DNA from: Macrostomum hystrix
Lineage: Eukaryota > Animalia > Platyhelminthes
Assembly (NCBI GenBank): GCA_950097015.1
Contig: CATNEN010000029.1
Coordinates: 7,068,001 to 7,132,000, forward strand
Length of the DNA: 64,000 nt
Direction: 5' to 3'
A program made the position numbers and the translations under genes. Of this stretch, positions 1-13,529 are shown in pieces. The notes under the pieces are model-generated. The model saw nothing but the letters and a program-made list of their open reading frames with translations, ran no database searches and was not told the DNA's origin. The stretch's first letter is position 1, and each line of letters opens with the position of its first letter.

Positions 1-450
1 TGGTATCGACCCAGTGAAGAGTTAGAATGATGGTATCGACCCAATGAAGAATTGGGATGGTGGTATCGACCCAGTGACGAGTTAGGATGGTGGTATCGAC
101 ACAGTGAAGAGTTAGAATGATGGTATCGACCCAGTTAAGAGTTAGGATGGTTTTATTGACCCAGTTAAGAGTTAGGATGTTGGTATTGACCCAGTGAAGA
201 ATTGGGATGACTGTATCGACCCAGCGAAGAGTTAGAATGATGGTATCGACCCAATGAAGAATTGGGATGGTGGTATCGACCCAGTGACGAGTTAGGATGG
301 TGGTATCGACACAGTGAAGAGTTAGAATGATGGTATCGACCCAGTTAAGAGTTAGGATGGTTTTATTGACCCAGTTAAGAGTTAGGATGTTGGTATTGAC
401 CCAGTGAAGAATTGGGATGACTGTATCGACCCAGTAAAGAATCTGCTGGG
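1..450. repeat. 30-bp minisatellite with a 210-bp (7-unit) higher-order repeat; runs off the window start
   Basis: Unit tggtatcgacccagtgaagagttagaatga; variant units at 31-240 recur in the same order from 241 onward. Confidence 0.95.
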
Positions 451-1049
451 TATCGACTGGGGTTATTGGCCAAGTGAGAAATATTGCACTCGTGTTTCCG
501 AGCAATAAGCAGTATTTTAGGACTGATTTTCTCATTCCTAGTTTGCTATTTCCACTGACCATCACTAAATTCTAAAGATGTTTCCATTTTCAATCGACAA
601 GTTCCCGTGTATTACCTGTGCAATTCCTAGGATTCTCTTATTTTCTCTTCTTTTTCGTTTCCTAATTGCTCGCCCGCTTTCTATAAAGTAGGCTTCGTTC
701 CCCCTATCCCGCCTGGCCCACCCACCCAGGGCTATCTGTGCGTGACTGCCAGTCTGGGCCTAGGATTTCTGGGTGGAAGGGTGAACGACTGGAACTGTAG
801 GCAGGGCCTTGATTAAGGCGGAATGCCACACGACATGAAACAGAATGTTGTTAACTAATAATGGTTTCCGATGGAAAGCGAGTGTAAAAAATGGTGGATT
901 TAGACTCAATTCTTGTTACAATCTAAACTACGTACTTCAGCCTCACTAACACCTGTCTGTCTCCATTGTCTGTCGGCTGTCTTCCTGTCTGTTTGTCTGA
1001 CTGACTGTGTATTATCAATAGTCTAACCTAACTTTCCTTATTTTTAAAG

Positions 1050-1457
1050 CAGGGGTCCGCAAACTTAGCTAGCCGGCCCAAGAGAGAACCTAAAAGACGA
1101 CAGCGGGCTTCATCGACCGTGGAAATATGAGACACAGGAGAGATGAGACAGGGGAGAGATGCGACAGGGATAGATGAGACAGGGGAGAGATGCGACAGGG
1201 AGAGATGAGACAGGGGAAAGATGAGACAGGGGAGAGATGAGACAGGGGAGAGATGCGACGGGGAGAGATGAGACAGGGGAGAGATGAGACAGGGGAGAGA
1301 TGTGACAGGGAGAGATGAGACAGGGCAGATATAAGACAAGGGAGAGGTAAGACAGGGGAAAGATGAAAAAGGATGCTGTATGTGTTGGAAGGGGCAACGG
1401 ATTTGGGAGCTTCGAGAGCCGCATCTGGCTCGCGGGCCGGCGTTTGTCGACCCGTTT
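1050..1457 (+). mobile_element. hAT (Charlie-like) MITE, degenerate copy with internal GA-rich minisatellite
   Basis: Left end caggggtccgcaaac, right end gtttgtcgaccc; flanks ttttaaag/atttaaag (7/8 TSD); body matches the copy at 44286-44960. Confidence 0.8.
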
Positions 1458-1634
1458 ATTTAAAGTCACTTATTTAAATGCAATTCCATTTCAGCTTGCT
1501 CGTCTTAGAAGAAGCCTGAAGTTTAAGAGCCACACGCCGGAGGGCCCAGTCTTCTAACGGCCCCATCTTAACTACCTTTTCATAGGGATTTAATTGCTAA
1601 CAAGAAAAACAAGGAAGCATTAACAATAGCGTCA

Positions 1635-4600
1635 ATGCGGCCTGTACTATTGCTATCAGTGTTTCTATTGTTCGCCTGTCGGTTCGCCGATTCGGCCGCC
1701 ACCACAGCCGCCTGCCAGTCTGTATCGGCCGTCTATGCGGCCAAGAATCTGGACATTCTCCAGGTGCAATTCCAGGCCTCATCGAGCCACCTGGCTGTCT
1801 GTCCGGCCAGGCCCGGGCCCACCTGTTGCAGCCGGGCCATGGAGTCCGCACTAGAGAATCGGGCCAAGATGGACATGTACCAGACTCTGTACCAGCAGCT
1901 GGTGCCGCGCAGTACCTCACTGGCCTCGCTTCTATCCAACTTTCAATCTCTGGTGCTGCAAATGCTCAACGATTCCTACGACGGTTTAGATAAGAATCTA
2001 AAGAGCATCTACGGCTATTCCTACATTGAGAATAAGCAGCCGTTTGTTGCATTTTACGAAGGCCTTCGCGCCTACATGTCCGGCGGACCGGACACTATGG
2101 CTGAGCTAGCCAGAAATCTGTTTGACAGCATCTCGGCTAGAGTTTTCGTATTGGTCATGGCCAACTACGACATTGACGAGGCTTACCTGACCTGTCTGAG
2201 AAGCCGGCTTAATCAGCTCATGCCTCTGGGCAGCATGCCTGAACGCATTGGTCAGGAATTTGTTCGTGCCTTCGTGCCAGCTAGAAGATTCTTGGCCGGT
2301 CTAGCAGCGCTGCAGGACGCTGTGGAATCTGCTCCGGCTGTTCGCCTAACGGAGCGCTGCCAGAAGGCCCTGCTGCGGACGCACTATTGCGCCTGGTGCG
2401 ACGGCTACGCCGATTTGCGACCCTGCTTCGGCCTGTGCGCCGCCTCCCTAGCCGACTGTATGGCCCCGTTAAATGCCTTGGCCGAGCCGTTCGACCTGCT
2501 AGTTGACGAATTGGTGCAACTGTCTGAGAAGATTCGGGGACCGAACAATGTTTATCAGGTTTGGCTTGTTTCAATCTTTTTATTTAGCTAATTTTGACAG
2601 GTGATTTTGCATTCCGAAACTTGTCATAAGCTTAGCGAGATCCCGGGATTATTGGCCACGAGACAGGGACTTGACATGGACTTTAGTTAGGGGATTATTG
2701 GCCATGAGACAGGGACTTTAGTTAGGGGATTATTTTTGGCCATGAGACAGGGACTTTAGTTAGGGGATTATTTTTGGCCATGAGACAGGGACTTTAGTTA
2801 GGGGATTATTGGCCATGAGACAGGGACTTTAGTTAGGGGATTATTGGCCATGAGACAGGGACTTTAGTTAGGGGATTATTATTGGCCATGAGACAGGGAC
2901 TTTAGTTAGGGGATTATTATTGGCCATGAGACAGGGACTTTAGTTAGGGGATTATTTTTGGCCATGAGACAGGGACTTTAGTTAGGGGATTATTGGCCAT
3001 GAGACAGGGACTTTAGTTAGGGGATTATTGGCCATGAGACAGGGACTTTAGTTAGGGGATTATTATTGGCCATGAGACAGGGACTTTAGTTAGGGGATTA
3101 TTATTGGCCATGAGACAGGGACTTTAGTTAGGGGATTATTATTGGCCATGAGACAGGGACTTTAGTTAGGGGATTATTGGCCAGGTGACATGTATTAGGA
3201 CTAGGGGATTAGTGTTCCTGCCCAAGACTCAGTGCCAGCTTCCCTACCGCAGGTTCTGAACCAGCTGGGCCTTCGAATCAGCGGCGGCATCATGGACATG
3301 CAGGAGCGCAAGGACAGTATCCAGGCGCAGGTGTCAAAACTCTGCGGCCCGCCAAAGCTCAAAGCCATTGGCCAGCCGCCGTTGCCGCCAGCTTCCGGTC
3401 GTAGGCGTAGACGTCGGTCATCCGACATGTTCGGCTGGAGCTACCGCAGCAGCGACGATCCGCCAGCAGTCAGCGACAAGCAGGAACGACTAGGCCAGCT
3501 GGCCAGATCCGCCAAGCAGGGCCTGGTCGCCACTCGCGGCCTTTTCCGCTGGAACAATCTGGCCCAGCGGGCCTGCCAGGCTGACACGCCTCCGCCCACC
3601 GGGCGATGCTGGAACGGCACCGAACCGGCCAGCCGCTACACAGCTCCACCGACTGCCGCCTCGCCAATTGAGCCGCCGAGCGCCGCCGTGGCTCAACGAG
3701 CAGCTAATTTGAGGGCCGCTCACCGACTGGCGGCCGAGCTGCCTAGGAGTGAAATTTTCGCCGGCTTCTCCGAGCAACGACTGGAGCCCGGACTCAGCCA
3801 GCTGCTCAGTAGGCGGGCCAGCTCAGCATCTGGCACCGGGGGAGCTAGCATCACAGATGCTTTGCCCATCGGCGCTGTTGGTGCCAGCGGCGGCGCGGGT
3901 GGCAGAGGTGGCTCCGGCAGCGGAGTTGCCCCGCCCCCACCAGTGCCTGAGCCCCGCCCGGTTCCTGGTGGCGCCGCTCCTCCGATACTCCGTCTGTCCA
4001 CGCTGCCTCCGCGGACGCCACCGCCACCGCCGCGGCAGCCCAGTGAAGTCTGGCCGCCTCAGCCGCATCGGCCTGACACGGCCGGTTCCGGGGATTCCAC
4101 AGCTCCGCCAGCAGGTCCGCCGCCACCACCAATTGTTGTCACTCGTGAGCCGCCGCCGCCACCAGTGCCAGTCACGCAGCGACCGCCGCCAATTATGGTG
4201 CCAACCACCACAGCTCCTCAGCCGCCGCCAATCGACACCGGTGTTGGCTCTGGCGACGAAGAGCGACCGCCATCTGAAGCTCCGCCAGTGCCGCCGTCTG
4301 TTGTTCCTGTCCTGCCAACCACTGCGTATGCTAGGCCAGGCGGACCCGACAGCGGTGGCGTTGATGGTGGCGGTGGCGGTGGCGCCGCCTCCGGCGATAC
4401 CGAGCCAACTGGGCCGCCCGTTGGTCCGCCGCCTCCGCCTCGGCCGCTGCCGTCAGGCCAGCCCCCACCGGACACCGGCTTAGGTTCCGGCGACGGCGAA
4501 CTGCCGCCTCAGCCGCCGCACGAGCGCCCGTCGCAGCCGCCTCCGCCGCCAGACACCTACTGGACGCCTTTGCCGCCTCAGCCGCCACTACCGCCGCAGC

Positions 4601-4848
4601 AGCCGGCCACGCCATCCGTCCCCGGCTTGCCGCCCGGCGCCGATCTTTGGCTGCCTAAGGAGCCGGACGATCAGGGCGGAGCCGAGCGCGGCCGTGGCGA
4701 GGGCTCAATTCACGGCCCAATGAAGATGACCAGCTCGAAGCGCTCCTGTTCGCCTGGCTCTCTCAGCTGTCCGGCCTGCCGGCCAGCGGCAGCTTCCGCT
4801 GTCGCCCTACTTCTGCTAGCCTGCCTGCAGCGGCTGCTGCTGCATTGA
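1635..4848 (+). CDS. GPC: Glypican (GPC4/6/Dally-like type), exons 1635-2558 and 3253-4848, ~839 aa
   Basis: Signal peptide; glypican Cys pattern (CCSRAME, HYCAWCDG..PCFGLC, LCGPP, ACQ..CWNG); polybasic convertase site RRRRRRS; Ser-Gly sites; hydrophobic GPI-type C-terminus. Phase-0 GT-AG intron 2559-3252. Confidence 0.93.
2650..3183. repeat. 35-38-bp minisatellite filling the glypican intron
   Basis: Unit ccatgagacagggactttagttaggggatt(att)attgg. Confidence 0.95.
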
Positions 4849-5030
4849 AGCTGAGTTGTCTGTCAGCCACCCACCTTCGTTCCGCCATCCTATGTCTGTC
4901 TTGGCAATATTGATTGTCTGTATTCTCTCCCGCTTACTCTGTCAGGATCCCTCACTGATTCTTGCAACATGCGTTTTTCATCCTATATGCTTAAAGCAAT
5001 TGAGTACAGAACTACTAGACGTCTAAATAA

Positions 5031-5200
5031 AGAACATGTAGCTCCGAACAGTACGTGTAGCCCCGTACAGAACATGTAGCTCCGTACAGAACATGTAGCT
5101 CTGTACAGAACATGTAGCTCTGTACAAAACATGTAGCTCCGTACAGAACATGTAGCCCCGTACAGAACATGTAGCTCTGTACAGAACACATGTAGCCCCA
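5031..5200. repeat. 19-bp minisatellite
   Basis: Unit cagaacatgtagctccgta. Confidence 0.9.
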
Positions 5201-7044
5201 TACGGACCAAGAGGCTTTATAGCGACTTTTTAGCCCTGTACAGAGACTAAGTGGGGTTAGAGACTTGCTAAAGTAGCAAAAAGCAACAACAGTAATTGCC
5301 TCTCTCATTCCCTCGCCACCTCGCAGTTAGCCTCACTGTCTCTGCTCTAAACCTGCCTATTTTTTACTACACGGCCTATTCTGTCTCGTACAATGGTTAC
5401 TGTCTCACAGTTTTCTACCTCATCTCGTCTGCTTGAGTCTCCACTGCACGGTGTTCAGCATCGCTCATCGAACCCATCTACCATGTGAAAGTCTAAATAG
5501 ACCCACTTTGACGATTCTATTTCCTATAAATTTCTTTGTCTGAATTAATCTATTTTTCTCTCAACACAAGGCTACACTTTTTTAGTTGCGTGCTGCAATC
5601 GCTTTTCTATGCTTTGTTTTAATTCGCGTGTTTATTTAGTACATCTCGCCTTTCATCTGTTCTGTTTTTTATGCATCTAATTGTGTGTTCGTGTGTTTTA
5701 ATCGAACGAAACATTAACGATATAAATTTATTTGCTACTACTAATTTAATCAGCTTTTGCAGATGAAAGTAACTAAATTTTACTACTAACGCATATTGTG
5801 AATATTCGCCTTTATAACCTTCGCGTGTTTAGAGTTGTAAACTAAATCTACGCGTTGTTTTTTTTCGTTGTTTTTTTTAACAACAGGCAACAGTTTCATT
5901 GCGTGTATTTATATCAAAGGTTAAAATTTTGTTAATTTGCACAGCTGCCCCTGTGCGCCGTTTTTTTGGTGTAGATTTAAAATGATGACTAAATTCGGGT
6001 TTTAGAAATACACGCGCATACAAATAAATGTCATTCTTCTGTTTTCTGTTTTACTATTACGCATCAATAATTTTGTCCGCCTTCCTGTATTTTGCTAGCC
6101 AATCAATAATAGGTCTGTAAATGGATATAAATTCTACTTATTGACGCAGCCCCCATCTTAGGCCATAGACTATAGGAGGGAGTGCAGAAATTCTAGCCTT
6201 TAGTGCAGGTTCCACTTTGGGCCATAGACTATGGCCTATGACCCAAACTATGACTTATGGATTGAAATTAACCATCAAGTGTAGAATTCCTAGTCTTTCA
6301 CGCAGCCCTCACTTTGGGCCATAGGACTATAGATAGAAATGAATTGGATGCTTCGTTGGTATGTTATTACGAATAGTTTGATTGGCTTGCAAAAATATTT
6401 TAGCTAATAAGCGGCTATATTATTCTATGTTGTCTGGAGTGTTGGTTATGTACCTGTGTGCAATAGCCCTCTGTTGTTGCTTTATCATTCAATCCTTCTT
6501 TTAATTATGGATTACTAAGTCGCTAAATTGAGAAACTAAGTACTTAGGAAATGCCATAAAATGGCATTCAGTGCTAGCAGCGTCAATTCGTAGAGACTGT
6601 CGCGAAGTGTGACCTGCCACAGTACTGTGGGTGAGGGAGGGTGTAGAATAAATAGCAGACAGTATCGTGCTAAATAAATAATGCACCAAACTGAATAAAG
6701 GCTTGCTTGTTCTCTGGTGAGAACTTTCTTTTATGACACAGATGGAGAGCTAGTTATTGATGGCGAAGGCTTGGTCACTGCTTTTTTAGTTCTCGGCTTT
6801 CTGCTTGAATAAATTTCTTTCTCTATCCCTTCTCTCTCTTAAAAATATTGCAAAAGAATTTTAGCCCGCTGTTTCTGCATACGGGTGGGCATTTTGTCTA
6901 AGTGAACATATTAGAGCGCTTTTGTTCGCTATTATTCTTCGTTTGTTCTATAGATGTGAAGAAAATAATATAACCAAAAAATGTGCACAAGTAAAATATC
7001 CATTCCTGTGTTGATGGTTGGTTGTCTGGTATCGCTAGTTGACA

Positions 7045-7390
7045 TCGGATGTGTTAGTGGCTCACTAATTGATATCGGGTGTGTTGGTGGCTCACTAACT
7101 GATGTTGGGTGTGTTGGTGGCTCACTAATTGATGTTGGGTGTGTTGGTGGCTAACTAGTTAATATCGGGTGTGTTGGTGGCTCACTAATTGATATTGGGT
7201 GTGCTAGTGGCTCACTAATTGATATTGGGTGTGCTAGTGGCTCACTAATTGATATCAGGTAGGCTAGTGTCTCACTAATTGATATCAGGTGTGCTAGTGG
7301 CTCACTAATTGAGATCAGGTGTGCTAGTGGCTCACTAATTGATATCAGGTGTGCTAGTGGCTCACTAATTGATATTGGGTGTGTTGGTGG
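7045..7390. repeat. 30-bp minisatellite
   Basis: Unit gtgttggtggctcactaattgatatcgggt. Confidence 0.9.
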
Positions 7391-9903
7391 TTCATCTGCA
7401 GCTGTATAGGAACATTGTCACATAAATACTTCAGATGAATGTACCCACGTAGTTGCAACTGTGTGTTGTGATTTTCTGTTTTGTGATACATTTACGTTTG
7501 CTATGTAATGTAATGCTTATCCATTCGATATGCTGCTAGTATTTTAGTTTTCTGTTTAGCAATGTAGTTTCCTTTTTTGTTTTTTTATTCGTTTCTGATA
7601 ATTTTGGAGATTTTTTTGCAAAAAATGAAAAACTTTCGCTTGCTTTTTCGTGTCTCATTATGTCTCATTAACTTTCACATTTTTATCAAGCCTAGCTTAG
7701 TAGCCATGGATATTGCGTAACCATCTATAGTACAGGTATGTAATAAGCATAAAAATGAACTGCAAATAATGCATTGCTAAATTGCTGGCTTATGGCTATC
7801 ATTATTTTGTTACCTCAACAAACAACGACTTTTTAATACATGTATATTGATTTATGATTACAAATCTATAAATAATATTATATTATTATATGCTAATGAC
7901 ATAAAGTTCTGATGTATCTTTTATCTGCGAACTTTATTAAGTACTTATTCAATATAATCTTCACAGCGCTTTTGCATTCTCTGTGAATAGTATGCAGTTT
8001 TTTCAAACTTTTAATGTTTACAATTTGGGCACTAGATGTTTAGAATTATTATTAAACGTCTTCATTTTCAAATACGAAATTCAACTTTTCAATTAGAAAA
8101 TAAGTAATATATGCACTTGTTGTGTCCCATTGCTAAACGTTTACCATGCTTAGTTTTGTCTATTTTTGCTTAGCTTTGTTTCTAACAGTTGCAGTTTTAT
8201 TGGTCACCGATTTGTACTATTTGGTAAGGCACCATCATTTTTACCTTTGATCAGTGCAAACCTTTGAAGACCGAATATAATTAGCAGTTTCGTTTGCTAT
8301 CTTATTAATTGAAAAAATCAATTGACTATAATAGGTGCACAATGCAATAGTTTTAGCACAGCAGAACAACATTAAACAGCAAACGTGTTAGGCAGAAGCA
8401 CGATAATAGATAGTTTTCGCGCAGTTTTTTCTGTTCTAAATAAAAGCGTTACAATATTTCAATTGCTAAGCGGTGTCCGTCATTTTTTGCAAGCAAATTA
8501 AATAATGCAAAGTTCTTACAGCCTTTTGTCATCCAGTTTGTCACCCAGTGTAATCAATTCTTTATGGTTAGCTAAACGTTTATTGCTATTAAGCTAGTCA
8601 GTCGTGATAAACAACATGAAAATGATTATGAATTAGATATGTTTTAAATCGAGATGTGTACGAAATCAATATTTAAATTATTGGGCAATTCTTAAAGAGG
8701 TCTACAACAAATAATAAGTAAGCAAAATAGGCCTGTTAAGAAAAATATAGTCGACAAGTAACAAATTAGAAACTGGCTGACAAGAGTCGATTAATTAATT
8801 GTTCGGTAGATAATAGATAAATAGGTCAATAAACTAAATTAGAATGCCGATGAATAATTAAGCGCAATTAAGAATTGAAGAAGGCCGATAAACTCGGTTA
8901 TACGAGCGTAAGTTCGATTAAGAATGATATAAAAACCCGAGGCCCAATCCAAGAATCAATTGAAAGTCCGATAAAAATATATAATAAGGGCCGAAAAATA
9001 ATTGATTAAAAGTCCGGTAAAAATCGATAAGAAGGGCCCATAAAGAATATATTAAAAGGGCCGATAAGGAATGGATTTAAAGGGCCGATAAAGAATGGGT
9101 CGATAGTAAATATTACGCTAAACAGTTCAATTCAGATTGAACAGGACCATATCTGTTGAATGAAATATTACAGTTACGAGGCGAGGTTTCTAGGAATTGT
9201 TGTTCCATCGCTCATTGTAGACCGTTCGCTAGCATGCAGTATGCAGGCAGCCTTAACCTTATGAATAAAAACTATGCTTTTATTCTCATAAACTGTATCT
9301 TGTAAGACTATTCTTGTGAAATGTCAATACCAATGGCCTGAAATTTCTGTCTCGTCGGCTAGGATCAAACGCCGTTGCAATGCCAGTTCAGACGCTACAC
9401 CTGTGTGGAGTAATAGGAGAACTTTTTCGTTCATTAAGCCAGCAGACACGCGCACAGTATCAGACAGATCGGCAACATTCTGCCGTTTTAATCTTGGATG
9501 AGATTGCGGTTGATCAGTATGCGATGGCCTGCTGTTATTGCCTAGTAAACTATATAAGTGCATCACTTGGCTATTGCGGGTATGGCTGCTGGTATGTTGG
9601 GGTTGGTTTAGAGGGATCAGTCGCTCCGAAATCCAAATCCCACAGCGCGTATGCTGGGTATTAACTATTGCAACTCGACTTTCTCCCATGCCTGATTTCC
9701 CCTTCCACTGCCTTCCCCCACTAATTTGCATTGCATTCCAAAACCAAAGAACTGCCTGATCGTAAGTTGATGAAAATATTTCCATCTTCTTGCTGATATA
9801 ACTCGGTGCTGTACCATTGTTGCTAAGCCTAGTCGCTAGGTTGCAAAAATCAAGTAGCTAGCGCCTTAGCAACTAGAATCTAGTAGCTTAAAGTACTTAA
9901 CAA

Positions 9904-10252
9904 AATAATATAATATTTGCAGGAAGGGCTGTGCGCGCTGGCGCTTTATTTGGATCAGTACAGTAGTAGACCCGCAGCCAGCGTGGATGCAATTCTACCC
10001 ATTCCACTGACTACTGAGCACACATACACGGATATCACACATGTGTGTACATCTGCCCTGACTTTTTCATCCTCAGACAGTGTACACTCCTTGGAGCTTG
10101 GAGCTTGGCCCTCAAGGGCGAAAATTTCACGACAAATTCCCAAGCCTTCTCTCAGCGACTGCGACCCAACTAATAGTGGCCTCGTCGCGGAATCGAGCTC
10201 AGGAGCCTTGGTGCAAGAAGCTAATCTGTTGCCCGCTCTGAAAACTTACCCC
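9904..10252 (-). mobile_element. tRNA-derived SINE family A
   Basis: Reverse complement of the 20985 and 39681 copies; box A/box B-like head and (TAT)n tail. Confidence 0.8.
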
Positions 10253-10394
10253 TTCACTATCCAGTGAAAAATTATTTTTACTACTTAGCATTAGAAAGTA
10301 ACACCAGCCATAATAATATAGTACCGAAGAATAAACCAATACTGGGTCGATATGAACTGAAACCACACTGTTCTAGAATCCAGTATCTTGATTA

Positions 10395-11930
10395 CTGAAA
10401 TCTAGATATCCTGTTCCTGTAAATCTAGATATCCTGTCCCTATAAATCTAGATATCGTGTTCATACGCTCGTATAAATCTAAATATCCGGTTCCTATGAA
10501 TCTAGAAATCCTTTTCTTAGAATACAGATATCCTGTTCCTAGAATACAGATATGTTCCTAGAATACAGATATGTTCCTAGAATACAGATATCCTGTTCCT
10601 AGAATGCAGATATCCTGTTCCTAGAATACAGATATCCTGTTCCTAGAATGCAGATATCCTGTTCCTAGAATGCAGATATCCTGTTCCTAGAATACAGATA
10701 TCCTGTTCCTAGCATCTAGATATCCTGTTCCTAGAATACAGATATCCTGTTCCTATAAATCTAGATATCGTGTTCATATAAATCGAAATATCCGGTTCCT
10801 ATGAATCTAAAAATCCTTTTCTTAGAATACAGATATCCTGTTCCTAGAATCTAGATATCCTGTTCCTAGAATACAGAAATCCTGTTCCTAGAATGCAGAT
10901 ATCCTGTTCCTAGAATACAGATATCCTGTTCCTAGAATACAGGTATACTGTTCCTAGAATGCAGATATCCTGTTCCTATAATACAGGTTTCCTGTTCCTA
11001 GAATGCAGATATCCTGTTCCTAGAATGCAGATATCCTGTTCCTAGAATGCAGATATCCTGTTCCTAGAATGCAGATATCCTGTTCCTAGAATGCAGATAT
11101 CCTGTTCCTAGCATCTAGATATCCTGTTCTTAGAATACAGATATCATGTTCCTAGAATGCAGATATCCTGTTCCTAGAATGCAGGTATCCTGTTCCTAGA
11201 ATGCAGATATCCTGTTCCTAGAATGCAGATATCCTGTTCCTAGAATGCAGATATCCAGTTCCTAGAATACAGATATCCTGTTCCTAGAATGCAGATATCC
11301 TGTTCCTAGAATGCAGATATCCTGTTTTTAGAATACAGATATCCTGTTCCTAGAATACAGGTATACTGTTCCTAGAATGCAGATATCCTGTTCCTAGAAT
11401 ACAGTTATCCTGTTCCTAGAATGCAGATATCCAGTTCCTAGAATGCAGATATCCTGTTCCTAGAATGCAGATATCCTGTTCCTAGAATACAGTTATCCTG
11501 TTCCTAGAATGCAGATATCCTGTTCCTAGAATGCTGATATCCTGTTCCTAGAATGCAGATATCCTGTTCCTAGAATACAGTTATCCTGTTCCTAGAATGC
11601 AGATATCCAGTTCCTAGAATGCAGATATCCTGTTCCTAGAATGCAGATATCCTGTTCCTAGAATGCATATTTCCTGTTCCTAGAATACAGATATCCTGTT
11701 CCTAGAATACAGGATACTGTTCCTAGAATCTAGATATCCTGTTCCTAGAATACAGGTATACTGTTCCTAGAATCTAGATATCCTGTTCCTAGAATACAGG
11801 TATACTGTTCCTAGAATCTAGATATCCTGTTCCTAGAATACAGGTATACTGTTCCTAGAATCTAGATATCCTGTTCCTAGAATACAGGTATACTGTTCCT
11901 AGAATCTAGATATCCTGTTCCTAGAATCCC
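10395..11930. repeat. 22-bp minisatellite
   Basis: Unit ctagaatgcagatatcctgttc. Confidence 0.95.
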
Positions 11931-12529
11931 GATCCAAATAGGCACGCTGACCTTGGAACAGTGTTTTGGGCCCAGGCAGTGCATAATGCTTATACCTTAT
12001 GAACATAGAGAATTACTTATTACCACAGAGGATTACTGTACTAAGTCGCAATTGACTTTTGATCCTTTGATCTGTCATCTACTGCAGTGAGCTCTCTTTT
12101 TTCTCAATGTAATCCCCAGCTTGGTCTAATGCGCCTCCCTTTGCTAATCGCTGAGTCGGATTATCTTGGCCAGTGTGTGCTCGTTTTGACGTGAATTTCA
12201 CAAAGATTCTAGGCTCGGTTTTTGTGTTTCCTATAGGTAACTCAAGTCTTACCTTCACTAAGAGATAAAATGGGAATAAAATGAAGGATTAGTAAATGGC
12301 GAATTATAAAATTTTGTCCGTGCCGTCATTTAAAGTAACTGAATTTCAATACAAAGTTTCCAGTTGTCTCTCATGCTACTACTGTGAGTAGATTAATGCA
12401 GAATTGTTCTTTAATACAAACAAATTAAAGTTTTTTTGTTGGTAGGCTTTGGCTTCTCTCTTTATTAGCATTGATACTCTTTACTAGAATCTGCCCAATG
12501 TCTCTTTCTGACTTTTTTCTTTTTTTTCA

Positions 12530-13015
12530 TCGTCCTGTCTCCCTCTCTTCCTGCTCCCTCTCTTCCCGTCTCCCTTTCTTCCCGTCTCCCTCTCTTCCCG
12601 TCTCCCTTTCTTCCCGTCTCCCTCTCTTCCCGTCTCCCTCTCGCCCTATCTCCCTCTCGCCCTGTCTTCCTCTCGCCCTATCTCCCTCTCGCCCTGTCTT
12701 CCTCTCGCCCTGTCTCCCTCTCGCCGTCTTCCTCTCGCCCTGTCTCCCTCTCGCCTAGTCTTCCTCTCGCCCTGTCTCCCTCTCGCCTAGTCTCCCTCTC
12801 GCCCTGTCTCCCTCTCGCATAGTCTCCCTCTCGCCTAGTCTCCCTCTCGCCTAGTCTCCCTCTCGCCTAGTCTCCCTCTCGCCTAGTCTCCCTCTCGCCT
12901 AGTCTCCCTCTCGCCTAGTCTCCCTCTCGCCTAGTCTCCCTCTAGCCCTGTCTCCCCCTCGCCCTGTCTCCCTCTCGCCTAGTCTCCCTCGTGCCCCGTC
13001 TCCCTCTCGCCCTGT
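12530..13015. repeat. CT-rich 13-16-bp minisatellite
   Basis: Unit ctagtctccctctcgc and shorter variants. Confidence 0.9.
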
Positions 13016-13529
13016 GTCTACCAGTCTTTCTTGGATTTTCCCACTCTCTGTTGCAATCCGCAATTTTCCTAGGTCACTAATGAGCCCTTACAATGCTGGC
13101 AGACAGTCCCTCAATCCACTAGGCAACCAGCAAGGGGTGCTTAGCCTGATGCAATTGGCCAATACTGAGCCCCTCCCTCTCTACCCCTCCCGACCTGCCT
13201 GACAAGCGAGATAGAAACAGTATCACAGGTTTTCAATGAGCACTGCAAGACTTGGGTGTAGAATGCCGCAAACGATGTACTCAGAAGCACTCAGTTTAAA
13301 GACTGTCTCATTAACTACCGCAGTCTCTCTTCATCACGAAAATTCACATAGCGGTCCACACTGATCTTATTACATCTTGTATCTCCGGAAATAGAGTCTT
13401 TTTATTATAGTGATTTATAGTTTGTTATCAACAGATTGAGAAAGTCAGTTTTCCAGAGTAAAATATATTTGTTGTTTTACTGCGTTTTCACGTAAGTTTT
13501 AAAGTAAAGTTTTCTTTTTGGTCTCCTTT

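Noticed and set aside
1-450. CRISPR-like regular repeats here and in other arrays
   Set aside because: Head-to-tail units with no unique spacers, no cas genes, eukaryotic context.
1597-4615. Antisense and alternate-frame ORFs over glypican (similarly over ATP-c, MARCH and 40138-40778)
   Set aside because: Shadow ORFs of GC-rich coding exons with no recognisable motifs.
6140-6330. Three imperfect copies of gcagccc..ggccatagactat
   Set aside because: Short and degenerate, with no TIR/TSD pair or other context to assign a function.
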